Shown in pieces: positions 1 through 9,848 of a stretch of 64,000 nt of DNA. Where the stretch lies: IMG/VR virus record IMGVR_UViG_3300030107_002093, positions 1 through 64,000 of that record. One strand, written 5' to 3'. The number at the start of each line of letters is the position of its first letter. Positions within the stretch are counted from its first letter, which is position 1. The notes beneath the pieces are model-generated. The model was not told the origin of the DNA. It did not search any database and worked only from the letters and a program-made list of their open reading frames with translations. The translations under genes were made by a program, and so were the position numbers. The stretch is from a virus.

Positions 1-1
1 T

Positions 2-259
2 GATGCTCAGGATTTGAGAGAGAAGGCCAGATACGGAACTAGTGATGAGATGTTCCAAGAATGGATGGCATCAAATCCAGATTCATTTCCAGATGGTTCC
101 GAGTTAGATGAACACTCTCGCAATGAAATGCAAGCAGGTAGACATGCTATGCTAGAAGGTGCATGGGGTAGACAAGGTGGTTATGCTGGGGTGGATAGAA
201 GACTCGATGAAATGCATCCTGACCCCCAACCACAATGGCAACAAGATTTACAACAGTAG
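2..259 (+). CDS. hypothetical protein, 5'-truncated by window edge
   Basis: Frame is open from position 2 to TAG at 257-259; acidic, Q-rich C-terminus. Confidence 0.6.
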   Translation, partial: DAQDLREKARYGTSDEMFQEWMASNPDSFPDGSELDEHSRNEMQAGRHAMLEGAWGRQGGYAGVDRRLDEMHPDPQPQWQQDLQQ

Positions 260-268
260 GTGGATAAA

Positions 269-1735
269 ATGAGTTGGTTTGACATTCTCAAGGATATGAG
301 GGAAGACCTTGAGCAAGCCACTAGAACAGTAGACACAAGCAACCCCGCCGCAATAAGAGATGAAAGACTAGCAGACGAACAGGCCTATGCTCAAGCCAAC
401 ACACCTCCCCCTGCTATGACTGTTGGTAGTCAAGTGCCGGGAACAATGCGAAGAGCAGGGCAATATATTGCAGACAAGACGGCTCCGCTTAGTGCGAATG
501 TTAGACAGACCTTGCAACAAGGAACAGATGCGGCAGTGCAAACTGGTAGAAACATCATGCATGATGTAGCAACAGGGGCCAGAGGAACGGCAAGTCAAAT
601 TGGCAGAGGTGTTCGGAATATACCACAAAACATCGTGCAAGGTGCTAAGAATATGGCTCCAACCCCTACTAACATTGCGAGTTATCACCAATCCGCATCA
701 CCCGTCAAGAGTAAAAGAGGGGCAACTAGAAACGTTGGTGAGTCAGAGGAACAATTTCAAGAGAGGGTATCACAAATGGAAGGTAGAAATCAACCAATAC
801 TCAACGAAGAAGGGGCCAACTATCAGCAGTGGCTTAGAGAGAAGGGATATGCTGACACTGCTGGGAAGGCAAAGGCAAAGAATATCATAAGGGACTGGAC
901 TGGATTTGGTGGAACTAAGAAACCCACTGAATCACAGAGGAGAGAACATCTAGCGGAATACGAGGCACATATGCAAGAGCAGACTAAAGACCCAAATTGG
1001 CAAATGAGTAGAACACAAGAGGTAACTGACCCTGCTACATTGGAAAGCATTGACAGGCGAATAGGAGAAGTAGAAGATAAGTTTGAGACTCGCCTAAGAG
1101 ATGCTAGTGCTGAGGACAGAGTAGATATCCAACGTGAGAAGAACAACGCATTAGCAGAACTGAATCGCAAGAAGATAACTGGAACCGGGCAATCGACAAG
1201 GGAAGAAGTTGAAGCCGAAAGAGAGAGACTACACCCATACGAGAAAGCACCACCAAAGGAAAAAGATGGGAAAGCACCACCAAAGGAAGAAGAAGGACTA
1301 TCACAGAATGTGAAAGACCAATTGAGCAGTGCCGAGCAATGGGATGCGGGTAATTGGATGGGTGAAGTGAAGGATGACGGACAGACTACTTTTGGTAATA
1401 TAATGTCAGATGGCTCACAGGAATCTGGAGCCGCTAAAGCGGCGAGAGAAGCCAGAGAAAAGAAGGAAGCGGACAACGCGGAGAAAACGAAAGACAATAC
1501 CGTTCAAACTAGACTTGGTAGAGATGCGAAAGGGAGAAGACTGCCGGGATATGGTGGAAAGATACCAAAAGGCAAACTATCGGATTTCAGGTTAGATGAA
1601 GGACAGGGCTATGGTGAATTCAAAGACGGTGGAGAAGGTAATGTTGCTGAACATGAGGAACTAGTAGCAGAGAAAGATAAGGAGAAGAGAGAAGCAATCT
1701 CTGGTAAGCAAACAGGATTAGGTGACTTCTCATGA
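269..1735 (+). CDS. charged, probably disordered head-region protein with N-terminal MSWFDILK tag (putative internal virion protein)
   Basis: ATG at 269 follows AGGTGG SD; begins MSWFDILKD; amphipathic Ala/Gln/Gly-rich segment then E/K-rich region. Confidence 0.75.
   Translation: MSWFDILKDMREDLEQATRTVDTSNPAAIRDERLADEQAYAQANTPPPAMTVGSQVPGTMRRAGQYIADKTAPLSANVRQTLQQGTDAAVQTGRNIMHDVATGARGTASQIGRGVRNIPQNIVQGAKNMAPTPTNIASYHQSASPVKSKRGATRNVGESEEQFQERVSQMEGRNQPILNEEGANYQQWLREKGYADTAGKAKAKNIIRDWTGFGGTKKPTESQRREHLAEYEAHMQEQTKDPNWQMSRTQEVTDPATLESIDRRIGEVEDKFETRLRDASAEDRVDIQREKNNALAELNRKKITGTGQSTREEVEAERERLHPYEKAPPKEKDGKAPPKEEEGLSQNVKDQLSSAEQWDAGNWMGEVKDDGQTTFGNIMSDGSQESGAAKAAREAREKKEADNAEKTKDNTVQTRLGRDAKGRRLPGYGGKIPKGKLSDFRLDEGQGYGEFKDGGEGNVAEHEELVAEKDKEKREAISGKQTGLGDFS
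1243..1288 (+). repeat. 19-bp direct repeat (gaaagcaccaccaaaggaa) encoding KAPPKE twice
   Basis: Copies at 1243-1261 and 1270-1288, 27-nt period. Confidence 0.9.
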
Positions 1736-2388
1736 TTACGAGAAAGAGATGCGCACTTTGCAATCACGAAGACCGTGACCAATTTGAACAGGACTTGGAG
1801 AGCATTGCCATATCTCCCGATGAGTTGGACAATAGGATGAACTGGCCTAGTGGCACATCCTCAAGACATCAGAGGAATCACATGGCTGGCTACACCAATG
1901 CGTCTAACCCACGATGCAAGATTTGCATACACCCAATCAGAAGCGAGATTGAGAAACAAGTTCACGATGGGGCAATGACACCAACGGTTGCGGCTGAGGT
2001 TGTCGGTTGTTCGGAAGACCAGATAATGAGGCACATGAAGCACCACTTGCAACCACTAGTCCAACAGTCAGCCGCTCAACTAATCGCACAGAAGGACGTT
2101 GACGAGATTGGAGTCCTCAGCAATAACATCGGAAGGTTGGAGACAAAGGTGGATGAGTTGTTCGCACAGGATGGTGTAGACCCCAAGTATATTGACTCAC
2201 TAACCAAGTTGGCAAAGGAGATTCGTGAGAGCCTGAAGTATCTAATGGAGTTCAAGGGCAAGTTAGTCCACAAGAGGCAAGACACTATTATCGTTCATCA
2301 GATGCAAGTAATCAAGGAGGTTCTAGCACAGAACCACCCTGAAGTATGGTTAGATGTAAGAAAGCAAATGGAGGAGAAGATGCAATGA
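1732..2388 (+). CDS. tandem CxxCxH Zn-finger/HTH protein with C-terminal coiled coil; candidate terminase small subunit
   Basis: Two repeats (CALCNHEDR...RHQRNH and CKICIHPIR...RHMKHH), helical C-terminus, upstream of TerL; TerS identity is inferred. Confidence 0.45.
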   Translation: MITRKRCALCNHEDRDQFEQDLESIAISPDELDNRMNWPSGTSSRHQRNHMAGYTNASNPRCKICIHPIRSEIEKQVHDGAMTPTVAAEVVGCSEDQIMRHMKHHLQPLVQQSAAQLIAQKDVDEIGVLSNNIGRLETKVDELFAQDGVDPKYIDSLTKLAKEIRESLKYLMEFKGKLVHKRQDTIIVHQMQVIKEVLAQNHPEVWLDVRKQMEEKMQ

Positions 2389-2681
2389 GTTGGAAGGATA
2401 TAGTGAAAGCGAAGAAGGTATATGCCGATAGGAAATACAAGTTGGGATACCTGCTTTGTAGAAATAACTGCATAAGGCCTGTAGAAGAGGGCCAAGAATA
2501 CTGTGCATGGTGTGGTGATAACTTTGATTATCAGGTTCCACCACCAAAGGGATTCAAGTTCGACAAGGAGCCACCGAAGGAACACAAGGAGGCAAAACTC
2601 GGATGGAATCCCCCTTGGGTTCCAAAGAAACTTCATGAGAAAGCCAAGGATGATGCTCACACTCTAATGTATGGAAAGTGA
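2385..2681 (+). CDS. small Cys-rich (Zn-ribbon-like) protein with MSWKDIVK tag
   Basis: ATGA overlap with previous stop; CRNNC...CAWC. Confidence 0.7.
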   Translation: MSWKDIVKAKKVYADRKYKLGYLLCRNNCIRPVEEGQEYCAWCGDNFDYQVPPPKGFKFDKEPPKEHKEAKLGWNPPWVPKKLHEKAKDDAHTLMYGK

Positions 2682-2682
2682 T

Positions 2683-3243
2683 ATGATGAATAGGGAAGAA
2701 ACGCTACATAAGAAAATGAGCAAGGTTGCTCAAGTAGCGCGATTCATCAAGAGGAACTTACCTAAATGGAAAGTAGTTGAAACCATACCAGATAGGGTGC
2801 ATGGAGGCATAGTAAGATATACTGAAGCGAATCCTTCTGAACAACATGACCCTAAAAACGAGCCACATCAGATTAGTCTACCAAGTAGTCCCGCAGTGAA
2901 ATGGAAGGCTTGGTTAAAACAACAACTAGCACCTGCATTGGAAAAGAATGCGGAAGAGATAGGAGTTGACGGACAAATGAGAAGTCGATACAGAAATCAA
3001 GGAGGTTACAAATTGGCAAGTGATAATAAAGAAAGCAAAACATGGTTCAGTGTTCTGAAACTGGAAAAGGAAAATTGGGAAAGTTCTGAGGGTAGTAGAG
3101 GAGAACCTACACAAGACTTCCCTGATGACGATAAGTTCTGGGATTCAGTTGCAGAGACTGACGAAGAAGAAGAAAAAAGAACGAGAGAAGAAGAGTTAGT
3201 GGAAGAAAACAAACGCATTGACCGAGAGAATCGTGGTGAATAA
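2683..3243 (+). CDS. hypothetical protein with internal WFSVLK motif and acidic tail
   Basis: ORF track 2671-3243; ATG 2683 directly after the upstream stop; motif at 3043-3060. Confidence 0.65.
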   Translation: MMNREETLHKKMSKVAQVARFIKRNLPKWKVVETIPDRVHGGIVRYTEANPSEQHDPKNEPHQISLPSSPAVKWKAWLKQQLAPALEKNAEEIGVDGQMRSRYRNQGGYKLASDNKESKTWFSVLKLEKENWESSEGSRGEPTQDFPDDDKFWDSVAETDEEEEKRTREEELVEENKRIDRENRGE

Positions 3244-3244
3244 G

Positions 3245-3763
3245 ATGAGTTGGTTTGACATATTGAAGAGTCCACCGCCATACCCCAAATCTTCGGAGAA
3301 TAAATTGGGATACTACTATGATGAACTAAGACCAGTGACGAAGAAACAAGTGGATGCGCATTGGGAACAGAACGAACTTCCAGAAGAGATGAAGGAACGC
3401 AGGGTATGGGCTACAACTAACAGGCATCAGGTAGGGAAAGGTGGCTATAGAATAGAAGGATATGACCCTAGTAATGCAAAGGACATGGAGACACTGAGAG
3501 GAGTCATGGGTCGTGGTCGTGCATTGGAGAGGGGTAAGGATAAGGACAATGTATACCCTTCTAATAAACTGAGCAAAGACCTGAGACAAATCTTCGATGA
3601 CAAGATGGCACAAGACGAGGATTGGGTTATTCAACAAGTGAGAAACAAGATAAGAGCCTTCGATAACAAGGGCTTCAAGTTTAGCACACAAAACCTAGCC
3701 ATCTTGAGACAGAATAATGCTGAACCAGATGTGATAAGATTTGTTGAGGATAAATTGAGGTGA
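3245..3763 (+). CDS. hypothetical protein with MSWFDILK tag
   Basis: ATG 3245 follows GGTGA SD and the upstream TAA. Confidence 0.75.
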   Translation: MSWFDILKSPPPYPKSSENKLGYYYDELRPVTKKQVDAHWEQNELPEEMKERRVWATTNRHQVGKGGYRIEGYDPSNAKDMETLRGVMGRGRALERGKDKDNVYPSNKLSKDLRQIFDDKMAQDEDWVIQQVRNKIRAFDNKGFKFSTQNLAILRQNNAEPDVIRFVEDKLR

Positions 3764-3767
3764 TACA

Positions 3768-5414
3768 ATGACATGGCATACTGTTCTCAAAGGAAGACCC
3801 TTCTTGACTAAAGACGAGGTTAAATTTGCTGGACAGGCCACAGCCGCTCAAATGGCTTCTATCCCAATGGAGATTGAAGATAGCGTCAAGAGCAAGAAGC
3901 AACTGACTAGGCTAATCAACAAGATACAGAGGTATGAGGGTGAGGAGTTTGAGGAGAAATTCCAACAAGCAGGTTGGGACGCATCAGATAGAGAGGAGAT
4001 TCTAGAGTTGCTCAATAAAACAAGAGAAGAATTAACTCAGCCAACAAAGGACAATCAACCTCACATTGCTGATAAGATTCAAACGTTCTTGGATGGTAAC
4101 CATGATGCTCTATTGGAACTCATAGAAAGGAGCAAGATGAAGGGATTGGCTTCTGCTATTCAACAATGGAACAAGAAAAACGGGGATGAACTACGCGAGT
4201 ATCTGAAGGACAAGCCCGACCTTGCTGAGAAATTCAAGAAGGTCTTCAAGAGATTAGAATCCGTAGAGGAGAGGAAGAAGCAGGTATCACCTGATGCAAT
4301 CGGAGATGACTTGGTATACGACTATGTGAAGATGATAGTAAATGACCTGAAGTTACCAACTAAAGGGGATGAGATTAGACTAGGAAAAATATCCTATTTG
4401 CCTATCACCCACTCACAGGGAAATCTTGCGATAAAGGTCTATGGGTTAGCCCCTAACCAAGGTGGGAATTTACCACCTGCCACTGCATATATTCTGAAGA
4501 ACGAGGATGTAGACCTTGAGCAATTCCTCGCAGTTGCAGATACTAAGACAAGCACGAAGAAAGAAATCATATTGAATCGATTGAGAAGTAGCAAAGTTGG
4601 AGGAGCCATACAGGATGCATGGGACAATAGCGAAACACTTAGTGGATTTGAGAATACAATTGCCGCAGATAGGAATCTCACTAAGGACTTCAAGGAACTA
4701 ATGGAAGCCCTTGGAAGTGAGATGAAAGTAGAGGATATCACTACAGAGGTTAAGTTCTCCATTCCCACACAAGCCTATGAGAAGATGATGGCAGTAGATT
4801 ATGATGACTCATTGAAGGTATACGGCATTAATTCCGAGGATGCTCTTGAGGAGATGATGGATGAGCATGAGGAAGACCTCGCTAGTTTCAAGGAGAAGGT
4901 ATCTGGGTTCTATAGGCCAGTTGATGGAGAAACAAAGAAAAGGCTAGAGAATTCTGAAGTCCTAGAGGATGAAGGAATAGAACTATGGGATTCTGAAGGA
5001 CGCTTGAAGGAATTATCTTCTAGCATGGCAAGCGGTAAGGCATTCCCACAATATCTGCAAACCCTCGCAGAAGCAGAGAGTCCGAACAAGATAATCCTAG
5101 AAGCGGCAGAGGGAAATAAGAACCAAGTGATGATAGGAGATTTCGTCCTATACATGATTAGAATAGAACAAGTGTATGAGGATAGAGACAGTGAGGTAAA
5201 GGAAGCAGTTTACCAATACACAGTAGAGCAAAGTGAAGAGAATAAAGAGAGACTAACCGAAGCATTGTCTTCTACTCAGTATGGTAAAATCAGAACTGCC
5301 TTCCTTGAGGCGATAAAGAAAAAGATGTCAGAGTTGCTAAGTGATTACAACAGTAATTATCTACATGAGAAGAACACGGTAGAGCCGTTGGAGTGGTTGT
5401 GGGAGAGAACATGA
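3768..5414 (+). CDS. acidic helical protein with MTWHTVLK tag
   Basis: 548-aa ORF, GAGGTGA SD. Confidence 0.8.
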   Translation: MTWHTVLKGRPFLTKDEVKFAGQATAAQMASIPMEIEDSVKSKKQLTRLINKIQRYEGEEFEEKFQQAGWDASDREEILELLNKTREELTQPTKDNQPHIADKIQTFLDGNHDALLELIERSKMKGLASAIQQWNKKNGDELREYLKDKPDLAEKFKKVFKRLESVEERKKQVSPDAIGDDLVYDYVKMIVNDLKLPTKGDEIRLGKISYLPITHSQGNLAIKVYGLAPNQGGNLPPATAYILKNEDVDLEQFLAVADTKTSTKKEIILNRLRSSKVGGAIQDAWDNSETLSGFENTIAADRNLTKDFKELMEALGSEMKVEDITTEVKFSIPTQAYEKMMAVDYDDSLKVYGINSEDALEEMMDEHEEDLASFKEKVSGFYRPVDGETKKRLENSEVLEDEGIELWDSEGRLKELSSSMASGKAFPQYLQTLAEAESPNKIILEAAEGNKNQVMIGDFVLYMIRIEQVYEDRDSEVKEAVYQYTVEQSEENKERLTEALSSTQYGKIRTAFLEAIKKKMSELLSDYNSNYLHEKNTVEPLEWLWERT

Positions 5415-8245
5415 CATTAGAACTACTACTCAAGGAGAAGCCCAAATGGGTTAGGAAGTTCCTCTTGGAGGATAAGCCAACCTTCCTGAATAACGTGGTA
5501 GATTACCTCAATCAGGTTGACCCGGAAAAGGAGGCCGAACATACTAGGGAAACCTCTGGTAAAATCGTGAGAGAATTCCGCAAGGAGATTACACCTGAAG
5601 AGTTCTGGGAAGTAGTGGAGGATGACCAAGTAACTAGTGAGGTGTCTACCAATAGGATGTTCCTAATGAGAGAAGGTGACATCACACTACAAGGATGGAT
5701 GTTTGAACTGCTCGCTGATTCCGAGAAGGAGCAAGAGACAGAGGCTCAAGCGGATGTAGTGGCTCAACAACTCAGAGAGAAATACCCATCATTAGGCAGA
5801 CTCAGAAACGAGAACAAATACATCATGTTCGTTCTGTCTAAATTGAAGAGACTTTCAACTAAGGGCAAGGCTAGTGCGGTAGTTACCGAGGCAACCACCA
5901 AGACGGAGAAGGTTCTGAGGAACTTCAAAGCAGAGGGGAAGAGGCTCAATCTTCACATGTTCCTATCTGGTGAAGTCCCATCTCTGAGGAACCTACAGAT
6001 TGTCGGTGATACTAGCCCTAGCAAACTGAAGACATACAAGAGAGTCCTAGAGTCTGAGAAGGACAGTAAGTTGAGGAGTCGTATGGCTCCCTTAGTATCC
6101 TATTTGTCTAATTACATTCAAGGCGACATGCCGTATTACGAGGCTGACAAGTTGGATGCTGACAAGTTAATCGGCAAATTGGACTTGAAGTTCCTATCGC
6201 GTAGAGAGGAGATATACGACTACTGGCAGGGAATCCATGAGCAAGAATTCGCAGACCTGCAAACCGCAGTCAAGGATTTCACTGACGCATTGGAAGGATT
6301 CGATTCTGAGAATGAGAGACTGAATGACCTTATCAAGAAGATACAGGACTATGCAAAGGAATTCGACCAGTTCCCACACAGTATGCAATACACATTCCAG
6401 ATGAAGCCATTCAAGATGCAAGACCATGTGGATAAGAGAGACAAATACACCATACTCTTTGAGCGTTGGATGACCATATCTCAGAACCTCGGAAGTGGTA
6501 GGTATTCACAGAAGAAACTGATAGAGGAATTGAAGGATGAACTAGGGCCACTTGGAATAGGAAGCGCGGCCTTCAGACGAGATGAAGAAGGCAAACCCAT
6601 ACGAGGAGATAATGCTAGTGATGATTTGGGAATGGATGAGGCAGGGTCGCTATCTGGCCCGGAGCAGTTATCACCATTGGAAACTGAGGATATCTTAGAC
6701 GATGAAGCGGCAGTTACAGGAAAGGGAAAGTTCGATACTGAGATTTCCCCACCCACAAGGATTTCTGAGGAAGCAAGAAGCAATATGCAAGAGAGAAGCA
6801 GACTCGGTAGGAAACTCAAGAACCTAATGCAAGATGTCGAAGTAGACCCTCTATTCTACTATGTCTTCGCTCCCCAACAGAACAAGGAGAACAAATACGA
6901 GGCATGGTTGGACACACCTGTTTTCCTGAAGGAAATGAGGAGGCTCACAAGGAATTTCGCAATTGCCGGAGCCAAATATACAGTCGACATAGGTTCCGAG
7001 TTGTCGAACCACATTGATAGGCTAATGCAACAGGCCGCTACTACTAGGAAGGAGTATCATCTTCCTGTCTCAAACAAACTGATTATGATGATTGAGGATA
7101 GAGAGTTGTGGAACGAACTCGATGAGGACTCAAGGAAGATGCTGAAGGACTACAGTAGCAATGTCGAAAACATCACTGATTTCCTAGAGACTGTTGGTAG
7201 GATGATAGACAGTAGTGAGAATGAAATGGAGAGACTATCGAGTCCGGTTAGCACTACTGTGAGCAGTGAGAAGGACAAGGAGGGGAGGACTATTTCCCCA
7301 ACCATGTCAACGACTCATTTCGGCTCATCTAGAACGGAATCATTCGTAGATGAACTCGGCAATCTAAAGGAGGACTTCAATAAGATGCTGGATGCTATCT
7401 TTGAGTATTACGTTAAGCCCGTCAATAGCAGATACAGACCATTCGATGACCCAATCGCCTTCGGTGACAGAGGGGAATTAGGCTCTGCCATTGATTTGTT
7501 CAAGACTCTTGCACAAGACAATCGAAACGCGAATGCCTTCTTCATGCTACTATGGGCTGAGAGCATAGGACAAGGCGGGATAATAGCACCCAAGCAGTTG
7601 AACAGAATGACTGCCGCCTTGAAGGAATTAAGCACACCATCAAAGTTCAAGGATATGGAGCGTTTGAAATCTTCGTTGAGAGGATTAATGAAGGTCACTA
7701 ATCAAATTATGTCAGTTAGTGGGGAATCATTCAATGACGCTTTGGAAATTGAAATAGGGAAGTGGTTCCATGACTTCCTCCAGCGAAACAACAAACCAGA
7801 TGTGCAGTTCCCTAGAGGGACTAGTGTGGCTGAGTTGGCAGGTAGATGGGAGAAGAGCGAGATATACCCAATCGAAGCAGTTCAATTATACTTGGAGAGA
7901 AGCCAATCAGTCTATGATAAGGCTGGTATGAGTGATGAAGTCAATGCATTCAATTCCGCAATAGATGATATGAACATAGTCAAATCGAATGATGTCCCAG
8001 TGATAGAGGTTCATGATACCATTCGTAAGATGATGGGCAAGCCTGTCTATCACAATACTTCAAAACTCGATAACTTCAACCACATGGAATCTGCTATAGA
8101 TATCATGGAGAAGGAATACAACGTTGAAGTTACGGCTAGTGAGATAGAAAACATAGTCAACGATATTGACTCTATGGAAGGTCTAAGCAAGAGACACGGC
8201 ATTCCATCTGAAAGCGTCTATTTCCTAAAGGCGACTTTCAGGTGA
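5411..8245 (+). CDS. large acidic helical protein (MTLELLLK start) with C-terminal HTH-like domain
   Basis: ATGA overlap at 5411; about 944 aa; C-terminal SMEGLSKRHGIPSESVYFLK preceded by NIVK-S. Confidence 0.8.
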   Translation: MTLELLLKEKPKWVRKFLLEDKPTFLNNVVDYLNQVDPEKEAEHTRETSGKIVREFRKEITPEEFWEVVEDDQVTSEVSTNRMFLMREGDITLQGWMFELLADSEKEQETEAQADVVAQQLREKYPSLGRLRNENKYIMFVLSKLKRLSTKGKASAVVTEATTKTEKVLRNFKAEGKRLNLHMFLSGEVPSLRNLQIVGDTSPSKLKTYKRVLESEKDSKLRSRMAPLVSYLSNYIQGDMPYYEADKLDADKLIGKLDLKFLSRREEIYDYWQGIHEQEFADLQTAVKDFTDALEGFDSENERLNDLIKKIQDYAKEFDQFPHSMQYTFQMKPFKMQDHVDKRDKYTILFERWMTISQNLGSGRYSQKKLIEELKDELGPLGIGSAAFRRDEEGKPIRGDNASDDLGMDEAGSLSGPEQLSPLETEDILDDEAAVTGKGKFDTEISPPTRISEEARSNMQERSRLGRKLKNLMQDVEVDPLFYYVFAPQQNKENKYEAWLDTPVFLKEMRRLTRNFAIAGAKYTVDIGSELSNHIDRLMQQAATTRKEYHLPVSNKLIMMIEDRELWNELDEDSRKMLKDYSSNVENITDFLETVGRMIDSSENEMERLSSPVSTTVSSEKDKEGRTISPTMSTTHFGSSRTESFVDELGNLKEDFNKMLDAIFEYYVKPVNSRYRPFDDPIAFGDRGELGSAIDLFKTLAQDNRNANAFFMLLWAESIGQGGIIAPKQLNRMTAALKELSTPSKFKDMERLKSSLRGLMKVTNQIMSVSGESFNDALEIEIGKWFHDFLQRNNKPDVQFPRGTSVAELAGRWEKSEIYPIEAVQLYLERSQSVYDKAGMSDEVNAFNSAIDDMNIVKSNDVPVIEVHDTIRKMMGKPVYHNTSKLDNFNHMESAIDIMEKEYNVEVTASEIENIVNDIDSMEGLSKRHGIPSESVYFLKATFR

Positions 8246-8249
8246 TTAG

Positions 8250-9017
8250 ATGGCAGAATTCCAAATGGCAGGGCCAATATCAGAAGATGAAGTCAAAGCA
8301 CGTTTTGCAGAACATGGCATAGATTACGAAACTAGAGCAGAGAGATACGAGAAACTCAACGGCACTCCCTTTGCTACGATAAACCCGAACTATTGGATAG
8401 CGTATTATCCAACAGTGGAAGAGGGCAAGCCATTGGCTGTTCAAGGCATCGGAGGATACAAGGATATCTATCTTCTAACTGGGTTGGTAAGCCACGCGGC
8501 GGAATCTGGTCTTAGCGAGGAAGAGACAAAAGGTGCTGGTAGTTGGATATCAAACAAAGTGATTGACATGCACAGCAACAAGCCAATCGTAGGAGCGGCA
8601 AAACCAGCCGGAGTTGGTGTGTTTGATAGACAAGGATTCCAGCCGATACAATTCGACTCAAATAACAAAGTCATTAATCAAGATGACATTCCTGATGACA
8701 TAAGGGAGGTCTTCACAATGTTGGAGAACGAAGGAAGTAAGACAACCGCAATCAGGAAACTCTACTACAAGCCTGTTGCCAAGTGGTTCTACAAAATCAA
8801 GAAGTTCGACCCCGCAAGACAGAGGGAACGATTGATGCAAAGGGTGCAAAGTAGTTCACAAAGGGACATCCAACCACAAGAGGAGAAGGAAACCTGTCAG
8901 ATTTGTGGTAGTGATAAGTTCTCATTCAATGGTCAGATGAAACCCATGCAAGACGGTAAGAAAGTCTGCAAGTTATGTGAGAGGAGATTCTATTCAACAC
9001 CGTCAAGTGCGGCATGA
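8250..9017 (+). CDS. GNAT-fold-like acetyltransferase domain plus C-terminal Zn ribbon
   Basis: KGAGSWI (motif A-like), GVGVFDRQGF (motif B-like), CQIC...CKLC; internal WFYKIKK between the domains. Confidence 0.5.
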   Translation: MAEFQMAGPISEDEVKARFAEHGIDYETRAERYEKLNGTPFATINPNYWIAYYPTVEEGKPLAVQGIGGYKDIYLLTGLVSHAAESGLSEEETKGAGSWISNKVIDMHSNKPIVGAAKPAGVGVFDRQGFQPIQFDSNNKVINQDDIPDDIREVFTMLENEGSKTTAIRKLYYKPVAKWFYKIKKFDPARQRERLMQRVQSSSQRDIQPQEEKETCQICGSDKFSFNGQMKPMQDGKKVCKLCERRFYSTPSSAA

Positions 9018-9026
9018 GGTGTTAGT

Positions 9027-9848
9027 ATGAGTTGGTTCGATATTCTAAAAATCAGTGGCAAGGAACTACTCAATGCTGTAGAATTCAGCGATACCCATTT
9101 CAAAGACAACCAGACTCCGAAAAGTGACCACGGCTACAGTGTGAAAAACACCACAATGACTAGACCACATTTTGAGGGAAAGTCACAATCAGTAGGCGCA
9201 CTAGACAAAGATGACCTCCAAGTAGTCAGGAGGCAAATAGGGGCCAAAGGTGAGGAGTGGGATTTGAATTTCTCATTCGCCGCTCCTGATAACGAGGATT
9301 ACATTGTCACATGGAGAAGGGTAAACACAAGAAGTGAATTGCCCGGTAGTGGCCTTTTACAAGCAAAAACAGGAAAAGCCAGACCTAAAGTCAGAGGATT
9401 CGGACATAATGATGCACCCAGAGGGATAGTTGTGTTTGATAGCATATACCCCACAGACGTTAATGCATATGATGACCCAATAGGAAATATAGAAGCAAAG
9501 ATGGCGGCTAATGAGGTCACTGATATTTTCCCTCTTTGGCCGAATGATGCCGAGAGATGGAAGAAAGTCAAGGGACAAGAAGAGGACGAGCCTGAAGTTA
9601 CTTGGACAGAGCGAGATGAGAAAGACTTGGAGTCATATAAAAAGAAACAAAGGAAATACGAAGCGAAAAAACGAGAGTTAGGGAACAAATACAAAGGCGA
9701 TGGTCAGTATGAATTCCGAAAGACTGAGATAGCACGACTAGAACAGAAAAGAACAAAGGCAATGGGTGGGGATAAGAAGCAAATCGATAACAAGAGAAGG
9801 CGAAAAGGAGGAGGAGGGCCACCTAATCCATTCGGGGGTAAGACCTGA
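9027..9848 (+). CDS. hypothetical protein with MSWFDILK tag and basic C-terminus
   Basis: GAGGTG SD; 273-aa ORF. Confidence 0.75.
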   Translation: MSWFDILKISGKELLNAVEFSDTHFKDNQTPKSDHGYSVKNTTMTRPHFEGKSQSVGALDKDDLQVVRRQIGAKGEEWDLNFSFAAPDNEDYIVTWRRVNTRSELPGSGLLQAKTGKARPKVRGFGHNDAPRGIVVFDSIYPTDVNAYDDPIGNIEAKMAANEVTDIFPLWPNDAERWKKVKGQEEDEPEVTWTERDEKDLESYKKKQRKYEAKKRELGNKYKGDGQYEFRKTEIARLEQKRTKAMGGDKKQIDNKRRRKGGGGPPNPFGGKT

